Shown here piece after piece: positions 46,850 through 61,177 of a stretch of 64,000 nucleotides of DNA. The notes under the pieces were generated by a model. It ran no database searches. It was given only the letters and a program-made list of their open reading frames with translations, and was not told the DNA's origin. The translations under genes and the position numbers were made by a program. The stretch's first letter is position 1, and each line of letters opens with the position of its first letter. Source of the stretch: Lytechinus pictus (taxonomy: Eukaryota); assembly GCF_037042905.1 (NCBI RefSeq), contig NC_087246.1:744001-808000 (forward strand). Reading direction: 5' to 3'.

Positions 46850-49356
46850 TTAAGAACCCACTGCACTATTCGTATAAGAGTAGGGGGAAGCCCCGGTGTA
46901 GTGGTCCACCTGCACTCCCCCAATCAGTTAATATATCGGGAGGAGAGACCTGCAGGTCATAGTGATTCAGTTCGCTTTTCGCCTCCCAGACACAAGTGAT
47001 GCCAAACAAATAATGATAATAATGATAATTAAAAAACCCTTGTTCATATTTGATTTAATACCATCCATATCCTTTGTTTAAGATTCCCACATAGCTACCA
47101 TCTGCTTCCATTGTTCCTGTATGCAAAGAGTTATGAGACAAATAGAAAACCTTATTGCTTCATCACACATGTACAGTGTAAAATATATTGTGCAAATGAA
47201 ATTCTCCCATCAAGAATAACAAATGCTGTATTCCTTTGTCCATTGTATGTGTGTGGACCTTATGGCCACATCTAGGCTGGTTGGGGTGATCAATTATTAT
47301 CAATCTTTGTGCTTTCAAGTTGGTGTTATCTAAATCCCCCATATCAACAGGAGATGCTGGTAGCAGACAATAGTTGGTAGCTGCATTCCTTTTGAAATAC
47401 ACCCATAGACAAAAGATGGATATACCATGGACTTACTACACATGGTGAACCCCTTTCTGAGTCAGGATTGATATAACTTTGATGAGCTATTACAATTTTA
47501 TTTTTAATTCATCCACTTTCTTTGTCTTCTGGGAACAGCCATACAGTTGGCATATGGCCTCTTCTCATGGTTAGGATAGTGTGGCGTACATTGTAGATTT
47601 ATTCTCACCACTGATGGTGACACTCCCACTTTATGAACACCTACTAGTTACTCATCCTCAAGTTACAATGTATCTTTCTCGGGATATACACCCCCCCCCC
47701 CTTAGAAAAGTGTGCCCTTCTGATGATTTTTGGAAGAAATTTATGACCATGTGGGGGTTGATACCATTTTATATACTTATTTTCTAGTCTTATGTGTTTG
47801 TTTTTTGTTTATTAGTTCTTTCTTTTTGGGGAGGGGGGGGGGCTTTCAAATTTCAAATTTTGGGGAGATAAATTTTGACCTTTCTGCAGTGATATTTTTT
47901 TTGCGTCCCCCCCCCCCCCCTCCTATAGAAAGGAAATCCTGTATAGGCTTGGGTATCTCTTTTGGCCAATCATTTATAGACAAATCCTTCACCCAATCTG
48001 ATTCCAAGACATCAAAGATGGATGTCAATGATCCCAACATAAATTCATTATTGATTATCCAAACTTTTTCAAAATGAAGGTGCGAAATAGCAAGGGGAAG
48101 TAAAACCTTTGCCCCCCACCTCCCAACAAACAAATGAATTTTATATTTAAAAGGGAGAAAAGATTGATCACGGAATAAGAAACTTATTTGCTGCTTTATG
48201 TGTGGCAGGAGCAACTGTCCCATTTGTTGTGTTCTTGTAGTCTTGTACACATGAACTAGCGAGTAAAGTCTATACCCACAAGGCATGCAGGGTAGACTTT
48301 TTAGGGGTGTACGGTTGATTTTGCTACATGTTCAGCATTGACTTTATAGGCCTCCTTGATGCTCTCTGTGATAACTCACTCTGATATTGTCACATTGAAA
48401 CAATATTTTTCTCCTGTAATCTGAGAGTGCCCTCTCTTGTTGAGAATTGTTCAATCATAAATCCAGGAACTCAACAATTACATTATGCTAGTAGGGTATG
48501 TGCTGAAACTAAATGAATCATGTTTGAGTTTAGGAGGTGTTGTGGATACGGATATTTATGATAGTGACAAATCCAGGACTTCATTAATTCAGGGGGGGGG
48601 GGTCATGAGGGAGCCCAGAAAAAGGAATAGTTGACCATGGACTCGTAAGTACTGTGTTTATAGGTTGATATTTTATTCGGACCTCAAAATCTGAAAGTAT
48701 GAAAAGAATGTTTTCAGATTTAAGATGGGTAGCCGGCAGTATCTTCCTAATAATCTGACTGGCAAAAAGAAAAAGATGAAAAGAAAGGACTTCATGGTTC
48801 CAGGGCCCAGTGCCTTCTTTTGTTAAACCTGCCTTCTTTTGAACAAAACAAAATGCATTTTGGAACACAGTAGTTCTTTCAAGCCCCCATGGATCCGCCA
48901 CTGATACGTGTAGACTACATGCAACCAGTGAGCATGTGTTCAATGAACATTGATGATGAATATAGGATTAAAGAAAGCTCATATTAACCTCCTTTTCAAC
49001 GTCCATTGGTAGTCAGGGAACACTTTCAATAGGAATCATGGCTTTCTTTATATGGATGAATAAAGACCCAGCTCTGCCTCTGTCACTATACATCCAGTGC
49101 TGTTACTATTAACATGCAGCTCACATAAATGTAATAATGATTGATTTGGGGCCTATGAAAGGAAATTGATCGTGATTGCCCTCATTTTTTTCATTTCATT
49201 ACCTTACAAGTTGTGCATACATGTAATTGATGATGTGGCTTGAGCATGGTTCTGAATACAGAAATTAAAGAGAAGTTGTCTATTTTACTTTTCCGGGTAA
49301 ATCATCAGGGAATATTTTAGACTATAGGGCCTGTATTTGAAGTCGGGTTTAACTAT

Positions 49357-49804
49357 GAGGCTGTTCTCACTCAGTTCCTTAAACTAGTTTAGTGGAAACT
49401 AGTTTAACGCTAAGTGAGAACGGTCGAAGCGCTCTTGGAAGCGCTCTTCCAAACCAGTTTGGAAGACCACCTCGCGATGTAGTTTTCAAGATCGCTTCGC
49501 ATCGGAATAGTGGTTTTAGCGTAAGTGAGGACACAACCGTTCTTCGGGAAGCGATCTTCGCACATTTTGAGCGCGCTACTCCACACGACAGGTGTAGAAT
49601 GCCTATGCTGCGGTTTCGAATTTCGCGCGAAACGTGTCTCCCCACTGAGAGCGTTTCCATAGCAACAAGAGCGCTATACGTGAAGTGATTTTGAAAACCA
49701 CTTTCGTGTGATCAAGTGAGAACACTAGCAAAGCGATCTTCCAAACTGGCTTTCTGAACCGGTTGCCAGTAAACTAGTTTTAGGAACGTAGTGAGAACAG
49801 CCTC
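49357..49804. mobile_element. MITE (Harbinger-like); relatives at 57522-57930 and 58812-59172
   Basis: TIRs GAGGCTGTTCTCACT and AGTGAGAACAGCCTC; internal sequence shared with the other copies. Confidence 0.75.
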
Positions 49805-51850
49805 TAAGACTATGAAAATATCACAGTTTTTTTTAACAAGTTGTTCCCTAATACTTTAATGATGAAGACAGCTACATTATTTATCCATTCCAGACTGATT
49901 TAGTAGTCTAATTGTAGCTGATAAATTGAACTCATACTGTTAGAGATGTCTGTCACAATTGGTTTCCCATACTGTAGTTAAACCACAACTTTAGACCAGA
50001 GTTTAAACTAGGGTTCAGAATATTTGCCTAAAGCACTGATTTTTAATCAAAAATTATAATAATTTTTATTTAGCATCTGATCCTGTTGAATTCTCTTCTA
50101 CAGAGTTTGAAAACCCAGACATCAGGGACCACTTTCAGGGGCAACCTCAAGATTTACTTACATAAGTGCTTTTGGCAGATATTCATTTTCGTCTATTTTC
50201 GTCTTTTTAAAGTTCAAACCTGTAATGTCTTTTTCTTTCTAAAATTTGCTCTTATGCACCTTGAATATCTAATTTATTTGGAAAACGTGCTATATGAATA
50301 TTATGTATTTTTTGTTTTTGTATGAAACCTGTGTGATATGGTTTGTCTTTTATTAACCCTAAATATGATGCTGCCATGAGGGCTTCAGTGTATATGGGTG
50401 GTAATTGTATTCTGTGACCCTATGGTATACTATAATTTTGTTATAATCAACAAAGGCACTTCCCACCATGGTATAGCATAGGGAAATCCAGACAAATAAA
50501 TTTAAAGTTTACCATCTGTTCAACGTTTTTAACCCATGTTTCCGCACAAGTTTGGATTTTTTCCAAATGATCTCATAGTGGTTTCTAGAGGTTAGCTCTA
50601 TGGTGTCATGTTCTTTGTTTTGTGCCCTACGTATACTATAGGCCCTACATTTAGGTGTCAATACCACTCACAATGAGAACACAAGAATTACATTGATTTT
50701 GCTTTGCCTATATCATTTACTCCCTTTTTATACTTTCATCACACAGATGTTAGATGCAAGAATGATTGCAGGCCTTTTGCAATATTTCTTTTTTCTTCTT
50801 CTGGAAACAGTACAGGCCACCGTCTGGTGTATTGTCGTTCTGGTATTGTACAACGCCTACTTAGCTTGTTGTACGCGAGCAAATGGGACGCTGAATGTCA
50901 AACATTCGTACCGTTGCACAAAAGACGTACCATCCAAAATGTACCGTTGCACGGCTTTAGGAGGTGACGTCACAATACGATTTAATTCATTGCGCTCAGT
51001 AAAAATGAACAATACGCGTATAAGCCTGCTGGCTAAATGCGCAAGGCTGCCCAAGGTCATGTGCGCTTGTGGGATTTTGCTTTCTGCTTTCGGTATTTTT
51101 GCTCTCTTTTCATAGATTACTATAGGGATAAACTCTTTGTTTTTTCATATTTTCGGTAAATTCCGAGGCGTTGTACAACACAAATAGCGAATATTCTTAT
51201 TCGTGCAATGGTGCGAGATTTCGCATTCGGTGAAAGAAAGAAACGCTCTATTCAACTCGGCTAACGCCTCGTTGAATAGAGCATCTTTCTTTCACCGAAT
51301 GCGAAATCTCGCACCATCGCACTCATGCCTATTCGCTATTTGTATATTTTTTCCTCCGACGAAGATTCTGCTAGGATCGAAAGCTTAGGCCCCTTTTTGA
51401 CTTTATGATTTACTCCATTGGCTCTCTTTTATTAGATAAGCAGTTTTCAGCAGCTTCTTTTTGCCATTTGTATATTGTATTATCAGTATAGATTGTTTTA
51501 AATGTTCAGTTTCTTCTGTGTAACCATACATGTACTGATGTGTTTGTCCATATGTCACCACATGATGTATAACAATCATATTCTTAAAAAAGAATGCAAC
51601 TGCATATTCAGAACTTTGATAATATACAGTATGTATATCTATGTGTACATTAACACACGTGTATGAATATCACTTTTATTATCACGGCTGAAACAATGCC
51701 AAATTTGTTTTTGCATCTATTGATTGTATACAAAAAGAAACAGATTCCAAAATTATTGTAGAGAACACTTTTTGGAGTATTTCATTTCTGGTGTCTATTT
51801 CGAACAATAAAATATGGATTTTTTCTCTCCATGATACAAATCCCATTTTG

Positions 51851-53384
51851 TGTTATTCTAACCCGCCTATTCCCCTGTCTTCCACGGCGGAGGCTGTGGA
51901 TTCGGGGGTTCCGAGGATGAACAATGGTTTTATGGTCTGTTAGCTTAGGTTCTACCTCGGATAAGGGGGGTTAGTCATAAGACCACGTGAATAACATCAA
52001 ATGCGAAAGAAACACAAGCGCTTGAACACACTGAGCATATAAGGTGTCATGTACTTTTATTACTACCTCGCAATATTATTATTAATCAATTACACTTTCA
52101 ACAATTATACAAATACTCGTTTGAGAATATACACAAAATCAGTCTTTAAACTTAAGCTTAATTCCTAATGCGGGAGGGGTTTGGTGGGTTTAGTGGGAAA
52201 GGGATGTTAGTTTGTGGCCACTTACATGCAACCGCGGGTGTAATCGGGTTCTCTTGCGGACGCGTAGACTGAAGGATGAAGTTGGATGGTGGATGCGGAT
52301 GTTGGAGAAGGACGGAGATACGGAAGATGAAGACTTGAAGGGTATAGATGAAGATCGGGGAAACTGGACGAGCTCAGGAACAGTTCGTATTTAGTAGAGG
52401 CAGGAACAGAGACAGGAACAGAGACAGGAACAGAGACAAGAAGGTTGAAGGTACCTTCTTGCTCAAAGTTGAAGTTGCAGATTCTTAAACTGAAGAAGAC
52501 TCGAAGGGCCGGGCCTGGGATGGAGGGGCAGAGGGATGAGTTGCTCTAATCGTGGCTGCTGGGGTGACAACTGAAGATTCAACCACTGCACTCTGGTTTT
52601 CTAAGTTCCAGTTCTTCATTCTGCCATGCCTTAACATGTAAGGCCAATCAGAACATTAATGCTCATCTATCGCTGCTTTCGATTGGAAGGGAGTCCAAAG
52701 ACATTTTATAAAATATATTTCCATTGGTCATTTCTCACACCGCCCACTTTTCGTCCAGAGCCGAGTTCTGCTGATTCCACAAAATACCTTCATGTTATTC
52801 CAACAGCTCGGACTTGGTAATTAGTTAAATTTATGGGTCTCGAACCTGACAGTTCATTAATGTAATGGGTGCACTGATGACCGCTCGACTATGGGTGGCA
52901 TCTCTACTTCTTATTATTTCTCCTTTTCACTCACCCAACTTGTAAACGAGGTCTGACAGATGAATGGGGTCCAGTTGATCAGGTGGGAGACAGTTCCAGA
53001 CACCTTCCCCCTTTCAGATAGCACTGGGTCATTGTCTTTACTTCTCAATATGAATGGGACCATATTTCCAATGCAAAATGACCACAAAGGTCACTGGGTT
53101 AGACATTAATGTGAATGGGGTAGGGGCAAGTTATTAGGTCTGGGGAGTATGATGAAGGACATTGGTTAGAGGGGTACAACCAACCTGTTGTCTACATTCT
53201 TAGAAGTAAGAATAATTTATAGAACCAAGATGAAATACCAAGGAGGGAAGAGTGGAAGAGAAGATGAAGAAAATAGAGTGGAAACTAGACAATAGAAAGT
53301 ATAGAGAGATGATAAGCAGGTAAAGGATAGAACACAGAAGCAATACACTAGGCAGGTGGGTTGGAAGGATTTCACTACGTTACA
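51851..53384 (-). mobile_element. Probable solo LTR of an unrelated LTR element
   Basis: TGTTA...GTTACA ends, flanks TTTTG/TTATG (5-bp TSD with one mismatch), CCAAT/GC/TATA-like cluster at ~52640-52750, minus-strand AATAAA at ~52056. Confidence 0.55.
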
Positions 53385-54145
53385 TTATGTTCATGAATAT
53401 TGCAAGAGAAAATTTAACACATCCCACTGCTGCCACAATAAATAATCATCTTTTTTGTTTCCTTTTTAATCCCTGCTGAAGAGAGTGCTTATATTGAATG
53501 AAAGTGAATAATCTTGTTTAATTATCATGCATCAGGCAATGAAAGTCATGTGCTCTGGTGATATGTTGGGCAAGGCTCACTTGGTTTATACATTGGGTTC
53601 TTAAATTAATATTGTTTGGGGTTATGAACTGTTGGTTAGACTGTGCCACTCAGTAATGTGAATGTAAATGTATCAAGGGCAGCTAATTTTTTACACTACA
53701 GGGCGTAGATTTTATTTTGCACTGTTAAGAAATATATATTTGATCATTGTTTACTGTTCACTTTATGTTGGATGCCATGTTTTAATATTATTTTTGTCTT
53801 CTTTTGGCCTCCCCCACAATGATGTATTCTTTGTATTACATTTGAATCCTACTCTGTTCATATTCACTTTTTATTGTGTATCCTATTTTATAGGCCTATA
53901 CTAGTATTTGTAATGTTTTCTTTTACTGTGGAAATAAATGATTTCATTTCATTTAAATAATCCGAGACCATTAAAATCCATGTCAGTGGATACCATGTTG
54001 ACTGGCGCCAATGCCCCTCTGATTGGCCCTGGGAGTTTTATTGCTTTCTGTTTTACTCAAGTACTTAGCATCATGCTAAAAGTGGGATATACTTTACATG
54101 TACATGTATGTGAGACTGTTGAAAATACGAGCTCTCGCCTATGTA

Positions 54146-54675
54146 CAGTGCGTCCCACAAAAAAGAAAACCTGTTTTCAAAGATATATTTCACAATTATT
54201 ATTGTTTTTACGTATTATAAATTTGATACTCATCGCAGAGGAGTGGAATCTCATTTCTAATTTGAAATCAACAGCTTAGCAAATCGTTCACACGTGGCAG
54301 ATTACAAACAATAAATACTGAGGCATATAAAAAACGATTTGCGTAGAAACTCACGTGTGAATCTGAATACTTTCGCATTTCAGGGATCAGTGAGAGAACC
54401 TTAACAAAGAATACAAAAGAAATGCTAATGATCCAATCGTCAAATAAGCACATTCATCGTATCACCAACCAATCCTGTCCAATATTTCTGCGCAACCTGG
54501 TTAAAATTTCAAATTTGTTTTGCTCATTAATGCATGAAGTGTTCATCACATATTAGGTATCAAAGTAAAGAAGAATAATTGAATTATGTGATTATGCAAA
54601 TTAAATATCATAATTCATTTGCCTTTAAGAAAAAAAACATGGGAATCTCGGTTTCCTTTTTTCTGGGACGCACTA
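54146..54675. mobile_element. Tc1/mariner-type MITE
   Basis: TA-CAGTGCGTCCCA...TGGGACGCACTA-TA. Confidence 0.75.
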
Positions 54676-57600
54676 TACATATAAGCCCAAACATGTACGT
54701 AGGTCTACATAGCCTATTTGACATTGTGCAGGGAATTGTAGGGCTACTTATGAGTATTGTTTACTTCCTTTTTGATATCTAGTTCTGAAAGTAAAGGAAA
54801 TGTTACAATCCTGATGGCCATCTTGGTTTGGGATATCTTTAGATAATGAGTGCGAATGAAGGGCAAGTATAAGCAAGGAGATATCACTCAAGTATAACCC
54901 ACTTATAGACTAGAAGAAATCTTGATAAAATTTGTTGAAATGAGTCATTGTATGGCTTATGAAGGAAAAATATAAAGAAGTCCAGTGTCCACTAACACCA
55001 CAATTACTTGGTTAACCCTGCTATTTTGCAGATCCAAAAAATCCTGTGCAATAGGTGGGGTTAACCCACTTTGTCAAAATGCTGTGAGAAAAGAAAGTGG
55101 GCTTAACCCAGGAAAAAAAATGTGGGGCTAACTAGCCATTTAGCCTCACCTATTGTAGGTTTAAGAAAAAAATTGCCTATAGATGAGAAAATGGTACAGT
55201 ACATGTATAAGCGGCCTATTCAGAAGCAGATTCAAGGGGCACATGCCCACCCCCCCCCCCTTTACCCAAATTTGGTAATAAAATTTCCCAGTGGCATGTC
55301 CGCAAACTTAGGTGCCTCTTTCAAAGTGAAGATGGTTTCCTTCTTTAATTGAAGACACTTTTTTGCTTGTTTATTTCCCCTTAAAATGATAAATAATTAT
55401 ATAAAAAGGAAATTTAAAAATATTTACCAAGAATGCTTATAGCATTTCCATTTATTGGAATGCAGGATAAAAGAACACTTTTGATTTATTGCCTTGCTCA
55501 GGGGCATATTAGGTGCCATGGCTGGGGATCAAACCCTAAACTCTCAAAGCAAGTGTTGATAAGGAGCCTCTTCCCCCACCCCCACCGCTGTCCATCTTGT
55601 GGCGATTGATAATAAAATCTTATAGTGGATACCTGCATCATCATAGCTTGAGGCGATAAGGGATCATGTTACATAACAGTATTGCATTTTGTTTCATAGT
55701 ATATTCCCATTCCCAGTCAAGTTCGCTCACCCGACCTGCCAAATGGATTTTTACATGCCGTCAGTGATTTTACGAACTGGCTCAAACCTCGGCTGCTCTC
55801 CAAAATATGATTTCGAGATAATTGCGTTCAAAGTTTTGATGTTTTTCAGACACTCTTAAATTCACGCTTTGAAAGAAACCAAATCAATATATATACCAAT
55901 TTAAGGCAAACATTCTATTCTTTTATATTATACAAAAATTTTCCGAAATTCATATCCATTCAATATTTGAAATGAAGCGCATGTATTCATTTAAGGAGCT
56001 GCTAATTTTTACAAAGAACAGGTTCGTAAAATTACATGCACCATGCACACTGTTTTTTTAGTGGCAAAAACCACGGTTTGAGCCAATTCGTAAAATCATT
56101 CATGCAACGCGCATTTTTTTTAGAGGCACAAACCACATACCCACAGCATCTAGTTCACAAAGAATAGTTTGAGCCAGTTTGTAAAATCAAAGTAGGGGGG
56201 GGGGGGGTTGAGCTGGTTTGCAACATATTCAAATACGCTCTTATTCTTTAAAACAACTGAGTGAATCATGGGCTTTCAGAATATGCAAAAAAATAAAGTT
56301 TGAAAATTTGACCGAGAATTAGGTTTGAGCCGGTTCGTAAAATCACAGACAATGCGTGGAGTTCATGCGCACTCTCCATCACACCAAAATGCATACAAAT
56401 TTAATTGCACTTGTTTGTTTTGTTGGAAAATCAACCCCTCTCACCCCCCAAAAAACCCTCATTGTTTGTGAATATTGAATGTTCACTGTATTATCCTTCT
56501 GGGGTATCACCCATCAAAACCATGCAGTGGTACAGTATAATGGCTGCTGAATATTGAAAGTATACACTCAATTAAAGATGAATAATTAAGCTACATTGTA
56601 ACTCGAGTGCAAAATTCAATATTTACAAGCCATGAGTTTTTTTTTATAAATTTCTGAAAATAATTCATTTTTGTCAGTAGCATAAATGTTCACTGTATTA
56701 TCCTTCCACTGTATCACCCATCAAAACCATGTGGCGCTACAGTATAATGTCTGCTGTGCTCTTCTGTACAGTATAATATGCTACATGTAGCTTCTGAAAT
56801 AAGAATATTTTCAACGGCTTGCTGCACACTTTCTGTATCGGCCCAAAGGACAATCCCACTCAGTGTTTAATTTTTCTCTTGAAACGGATAATGGTCGCAT
56901 TCTCCGTCTATCTCTCTATATCCCCCCCCAAAAAAAAAAAAAGATCTACATCTACATGTATTAAGAATAAGTTAGAAAGGGGTTATTACCACATGGTAAT
57001 TTATGGATGATATTCATAGCATCTTAGCAATTGTTGCAGATCATATTGCTTGGTTAATTTGCAATGGAATTATTTCATTTTATGCAATATGAAATGATTA
57101 TGATTTGATATGATGAATAAGAATATTTGACATTTAATTTTAGTTTGATTGATGAAAGTTGCAGTTGTTAACTTTTTCACTCATCAAAATCGAATACATC
57201 ACTAAGTTGTTGGAATAAATTTAAATGACAACATGTAAATGGTACCCTGGGTTACCAAATTAAGATTGGCCATTTTGTTGAAATATCTTTTTTTAAGGCT
57301 CTACCATCATGACCATGGGTTAAGAAAAAGTTGAAAATTATTTTTGTGTGATTTTTTCAACATTCAACTGTGCCCAATTGTCCTTGAAATCCAGTGTTTT
57401 TCTTCAATCTTCTTCCTACGCTACAAGATCAGTAGCCTGCATATGTCTCCCAATACCAGATCATTGTTTTTCAACTTTCTAGATATCTTCTGTATTTTAT
57501 GTACACGCCCTGCATACGTAAGAGGCTGTTCTCATTACGCTCTCTAAAACTAGTTTACTGGAAACCGATTCAGGAAACCAGTTTAGAAGATCGCTTTGCT

Positions 57601-58474
57601 AGCGTTCCCACTTGATCACACAGAAAGTGGTTCTCAAAATCACTTCACGTAAAGCGATCTTGTTGCTATGGAAATGCTGTCAGTGGGATGACACGTTTTG
57701 CACGCAATTTGAAACCGCTGCGTAGGCATTCTACACCTGTCGTGTGGAGTAACGCGCTCAAAATGTGCGAAGATCGCTTCCGAACGGTTGTGTCCTCATG
57801 CTAAAACAGTTTAACGAGGCAAAGTGATCTTCAAAACTACATCGCGAGGTGGTTTTCTGAACCGGTTTGGAAGATCGCTTCAAACTAGTTTCCACTAAAC
57901 GAGTTTTAGAAAGGTAGTGAGAAGGTGTCTAAGTCTAGGGATGTACTGGAGTGGACGTGAGATGTTGCTAAATAATGTGGTATCTGGGGGGGGGGGGGGG
58001 GAGAGTAACGTGTGGTGCATCACTAACTTGTTGAATACTGAATTCTCAGATTTCCATAGACTCTGTAGAGGAAATGTTCAGTTTCAGTAGGCAAATTTTC
58101 ACAGAGCTATTTGCCCTTTGAAGATGATAAAGGGTTTTAAAGTCCATTTTCATCGAGTATCATACTGTAGCAATGATTACCAAAGGAATACTCTATGTAA
58201 ATGAAGATTGCTCATCAAGAAAAAATTTTCCAGCAATTTAATACAACATTGATTTTTCTGAGTAAAACAAACCCACAAAAATTGTATGATTTACATTCAC
58301 CTCTGGTACATCATGTTAATGATTGTACATATATACATGTACATGTAGCCTAGTATAAACTAGTATTAAGTCTACATGTAAATCCTGAGAAATGACATGT
58401 ACTACACTGGTGAACCATTTTGATTAAATTACTGCAATTATGGTAAATGATGGTGATTTATTTTTTTACCTGAA

Positions 58475-58640
58475 TGCTTGTAAGCAAGCAACCAGAGGAC
58501 CAACAGCTTAAGGTCCTCTCCGAGGGACCTGGTAATGAGGATTAATGCCTTACCAAAGGGCACTAGCGCACCAAGTGGGAATCAAACCCGGGACACCGGA
58601 GTCCGAAAACCCTGCTCTACAAACTGAGCTATCGCAGACA
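58475..58640 (-). mobile_element. tRNA-derived SINE fragment
   Basis: Minus-strand A box TAGCTCAGTTTG and B-box-like GGTTTGATTCC. Confidence 0.6.
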
Positions 58641-59890
58641 AATACGTCAAGAGAATATCTTATTGTCATGTCAATCCATTGTCTTGATTGTTATGGGTTG
58701 AATCCATCCAGTGTCCTTTAGGCAACACTGTTTCTTTATTTAGAGAATGAAAATATAAAAAAGAAACACTCAAAAGTAGACGTGTTGCATGTAGACTTGT
58801 TTTTAGACATTGACCCCATTCTCATTACAGTCTTAAAACCAGTAAATGGGAATGCTCAACGTGGTCTTGGAAGCGATCTTCCAAACCAGTTTGGTAAACC
58901 TTGCAATGTGGTTTATGAGGACACAACCCATCTTCGCACTTTAATATTGGGTGCGCTACTTGTAGATTTCAAATGCTGCGGTTTCAAATTTTGTGCGAAA
59001 CCTGTGATGATGTGACCCCACTGTGAGCGTTCCCGTAGCAACAAGACCACTTTACATGAAATGGTTTTGAAAACCAGTTCCGGGGATAGTGATGACAATG
59101 CGATCTTCCAAGCCGGTTTCCCAAACTGGTTTAAGGGAAACCAGTTTCAGAAAGTATAATGAGAATGGGGTCATTGAGTTTGTTTGTTTTTATTTTTATT
59201 TTTGCGTTCACAATAATACATTATCAAAAGTATTTACATTGTTTGTTTGAGTGACCATTTAATTCCCCAAACTAGTTGTTTTTAATATTTGTACAAATTA
59301 TATCAATGAATTTATGCCAAGGCTCTGAATGATTTTGATTGGTGGAGTGGTAACCACTATCTCCATCTTGTTTTTATTAGCTTGTCCGTTTACATTCAGA
59401 ATAGTGTAAACTTGTGATTATTAATACCCTTCTGGCTCCCCAAGACACTCTAGTCTATCTCATTGATACCTTTCATGCACATAACAAAGCACTATAACTT
59501 CTCTAGTGAATGATACACAATCTATTTGCAATATAATTTTTTTATTTGCAATATTATTTTATATTAACATTCCAACCAGTTTAATCTGAATGATCAAAAT
59601 TGCAAATACATTTAGTAGTAGCGGTATGAATTCATAATGTGAATTGCATTTGTGGTTTTGCGTTTATTATGTATGTTTCAAACACTCATTTTGCCTTCTA
59701 AAATGAAGTCTAAACACATCCTGAACCAGTCATTTCAATCCTTCACTGTTGTGTATGCTGCCTTGACTGACGAGTCAAGTGGATGAGTAATAGCTAAAGA
59801 GGGCTGCAGATTTAATCCATTATTCAAAGAAGATTCTTTGATGATCCTTTCAGAATAAAGATAAATCCATGCTATTGTGCATCACTTCTA

Positions 59891-60439
59891 CCCTTTTTAC
59901 ACAGGATTTTCTTAACCCCGGACTATCGCTAACCCCGTACTATCCTTAACCCCGTACTATTTTTTTTCCTTTTTACACATGCCAAATTGTTATTGCTAAC
60001 CCCGGATAAGGAATGCTTGCTTTTCACACACGAAACTCGCTAACCCCGGACTAGTGGTTTTTGTCGATCATTCGTAGTACAAGTACTTCACTCGTACCAT
60101 TTTACACACGCTACAATTTCCTTAACCCCGTACTATAGGTGGGGCCAAATTGCCATTTAGCCCCACCTATAGTACGGGGTTAAGCTTAGCCCACTTTCGT
60201 TTTACACTAGCGATCTTAACCCCGTACTATCGCTCTTAGCACCGCAATTGCTGGGATAACCCTGCTTTTTTGCAGGGCCAAATAATCCCGTACTAAAGGT
60301 GGGGTTAGCCCACTTTGCAAAAATGCTGTGTAAAAAGAAAGTGGGCTAAGCTTAACCCCGTACTATAGGTGGGGCTAAATGGCAATTTAGCCCCACCTAT
60401 AGTACGGGGTTAAGGAAATTTTAGCGTGTGTAAAAAGGG
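59891..60439. mobile_element. TA-flanked MITE with reiterated AACCCCGTACTA motifs (partial relative at ~55010-55170)
   Basis: TIRs CCCTTTTTACAC and GTGTAAAAAGGG; internal palindromes. Confidence 0.75.
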
Positions 60440-61177
60440 TATTCAAGATTTCCATCAAAATACTTTATTCTTTGAACAATGAAAAGATGTATTGAGCACT
60501 ACAAAACTGTGATTTGTTCAAGCATGGACCCATGGTTCAAGATTTAGAATATTTGCCCCTTTGCACTTGCATCATTTGCATCATTCATGTAATTCTTATT
60601 CTTCTATCAATGCCCTATCATGAAGAATTTTTTTTTTCAAAGAAAGAACTTGTTGCTCTAAAGCCCACCATGCTGATCTGGTGAATTAACCAAATCAGTG
60701 AATATTGGGATTAATTTCTGCTCTAGCCTATTAACTAGCCCACTATTTTCTGCTCAAGCCTATTAACTAGCCCACTATTTCACTCAAAATGTTAGCCAAA
60801 AATATTGTAGACTTATTCCAAGAATAGCCTGATCTTATCATGGACCTATTACGAAATGATCTTATGGAACATGCCGCATACAGGGAACATGCAGCACAAG
60901 CATCATATTGCATGTGTTCTGGACTTGAGCTTGAAGTTCAAACTTAGTTTTGATGAAGACTTAATGCAAACCCCAGCTCTCTTCAGCTAATCAGCCTTAA
61001 AGCAGGCTTGAGTAACCACTTTGTTCAGGTAAAGATATACCTTTGGCTTTGGGGAAATCTTTCGTTTCTTGTGACTGGAACATTATCTAGATCCTTGACA
61101 AAGCTAGCATCATTAGATAAGTGGTATAGTCTCCGGCTATCCCCAAAGTCCCATTCTCTGATAAGGAATGCCTCTAG

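Noticed and set aside
47100..49150. Possible minus-strand coding exons (e.g. ORF 47846-48286)
   Set aside because: No recognisable motifs, frequent stops and no consistent splice chain; at most a decayed element.
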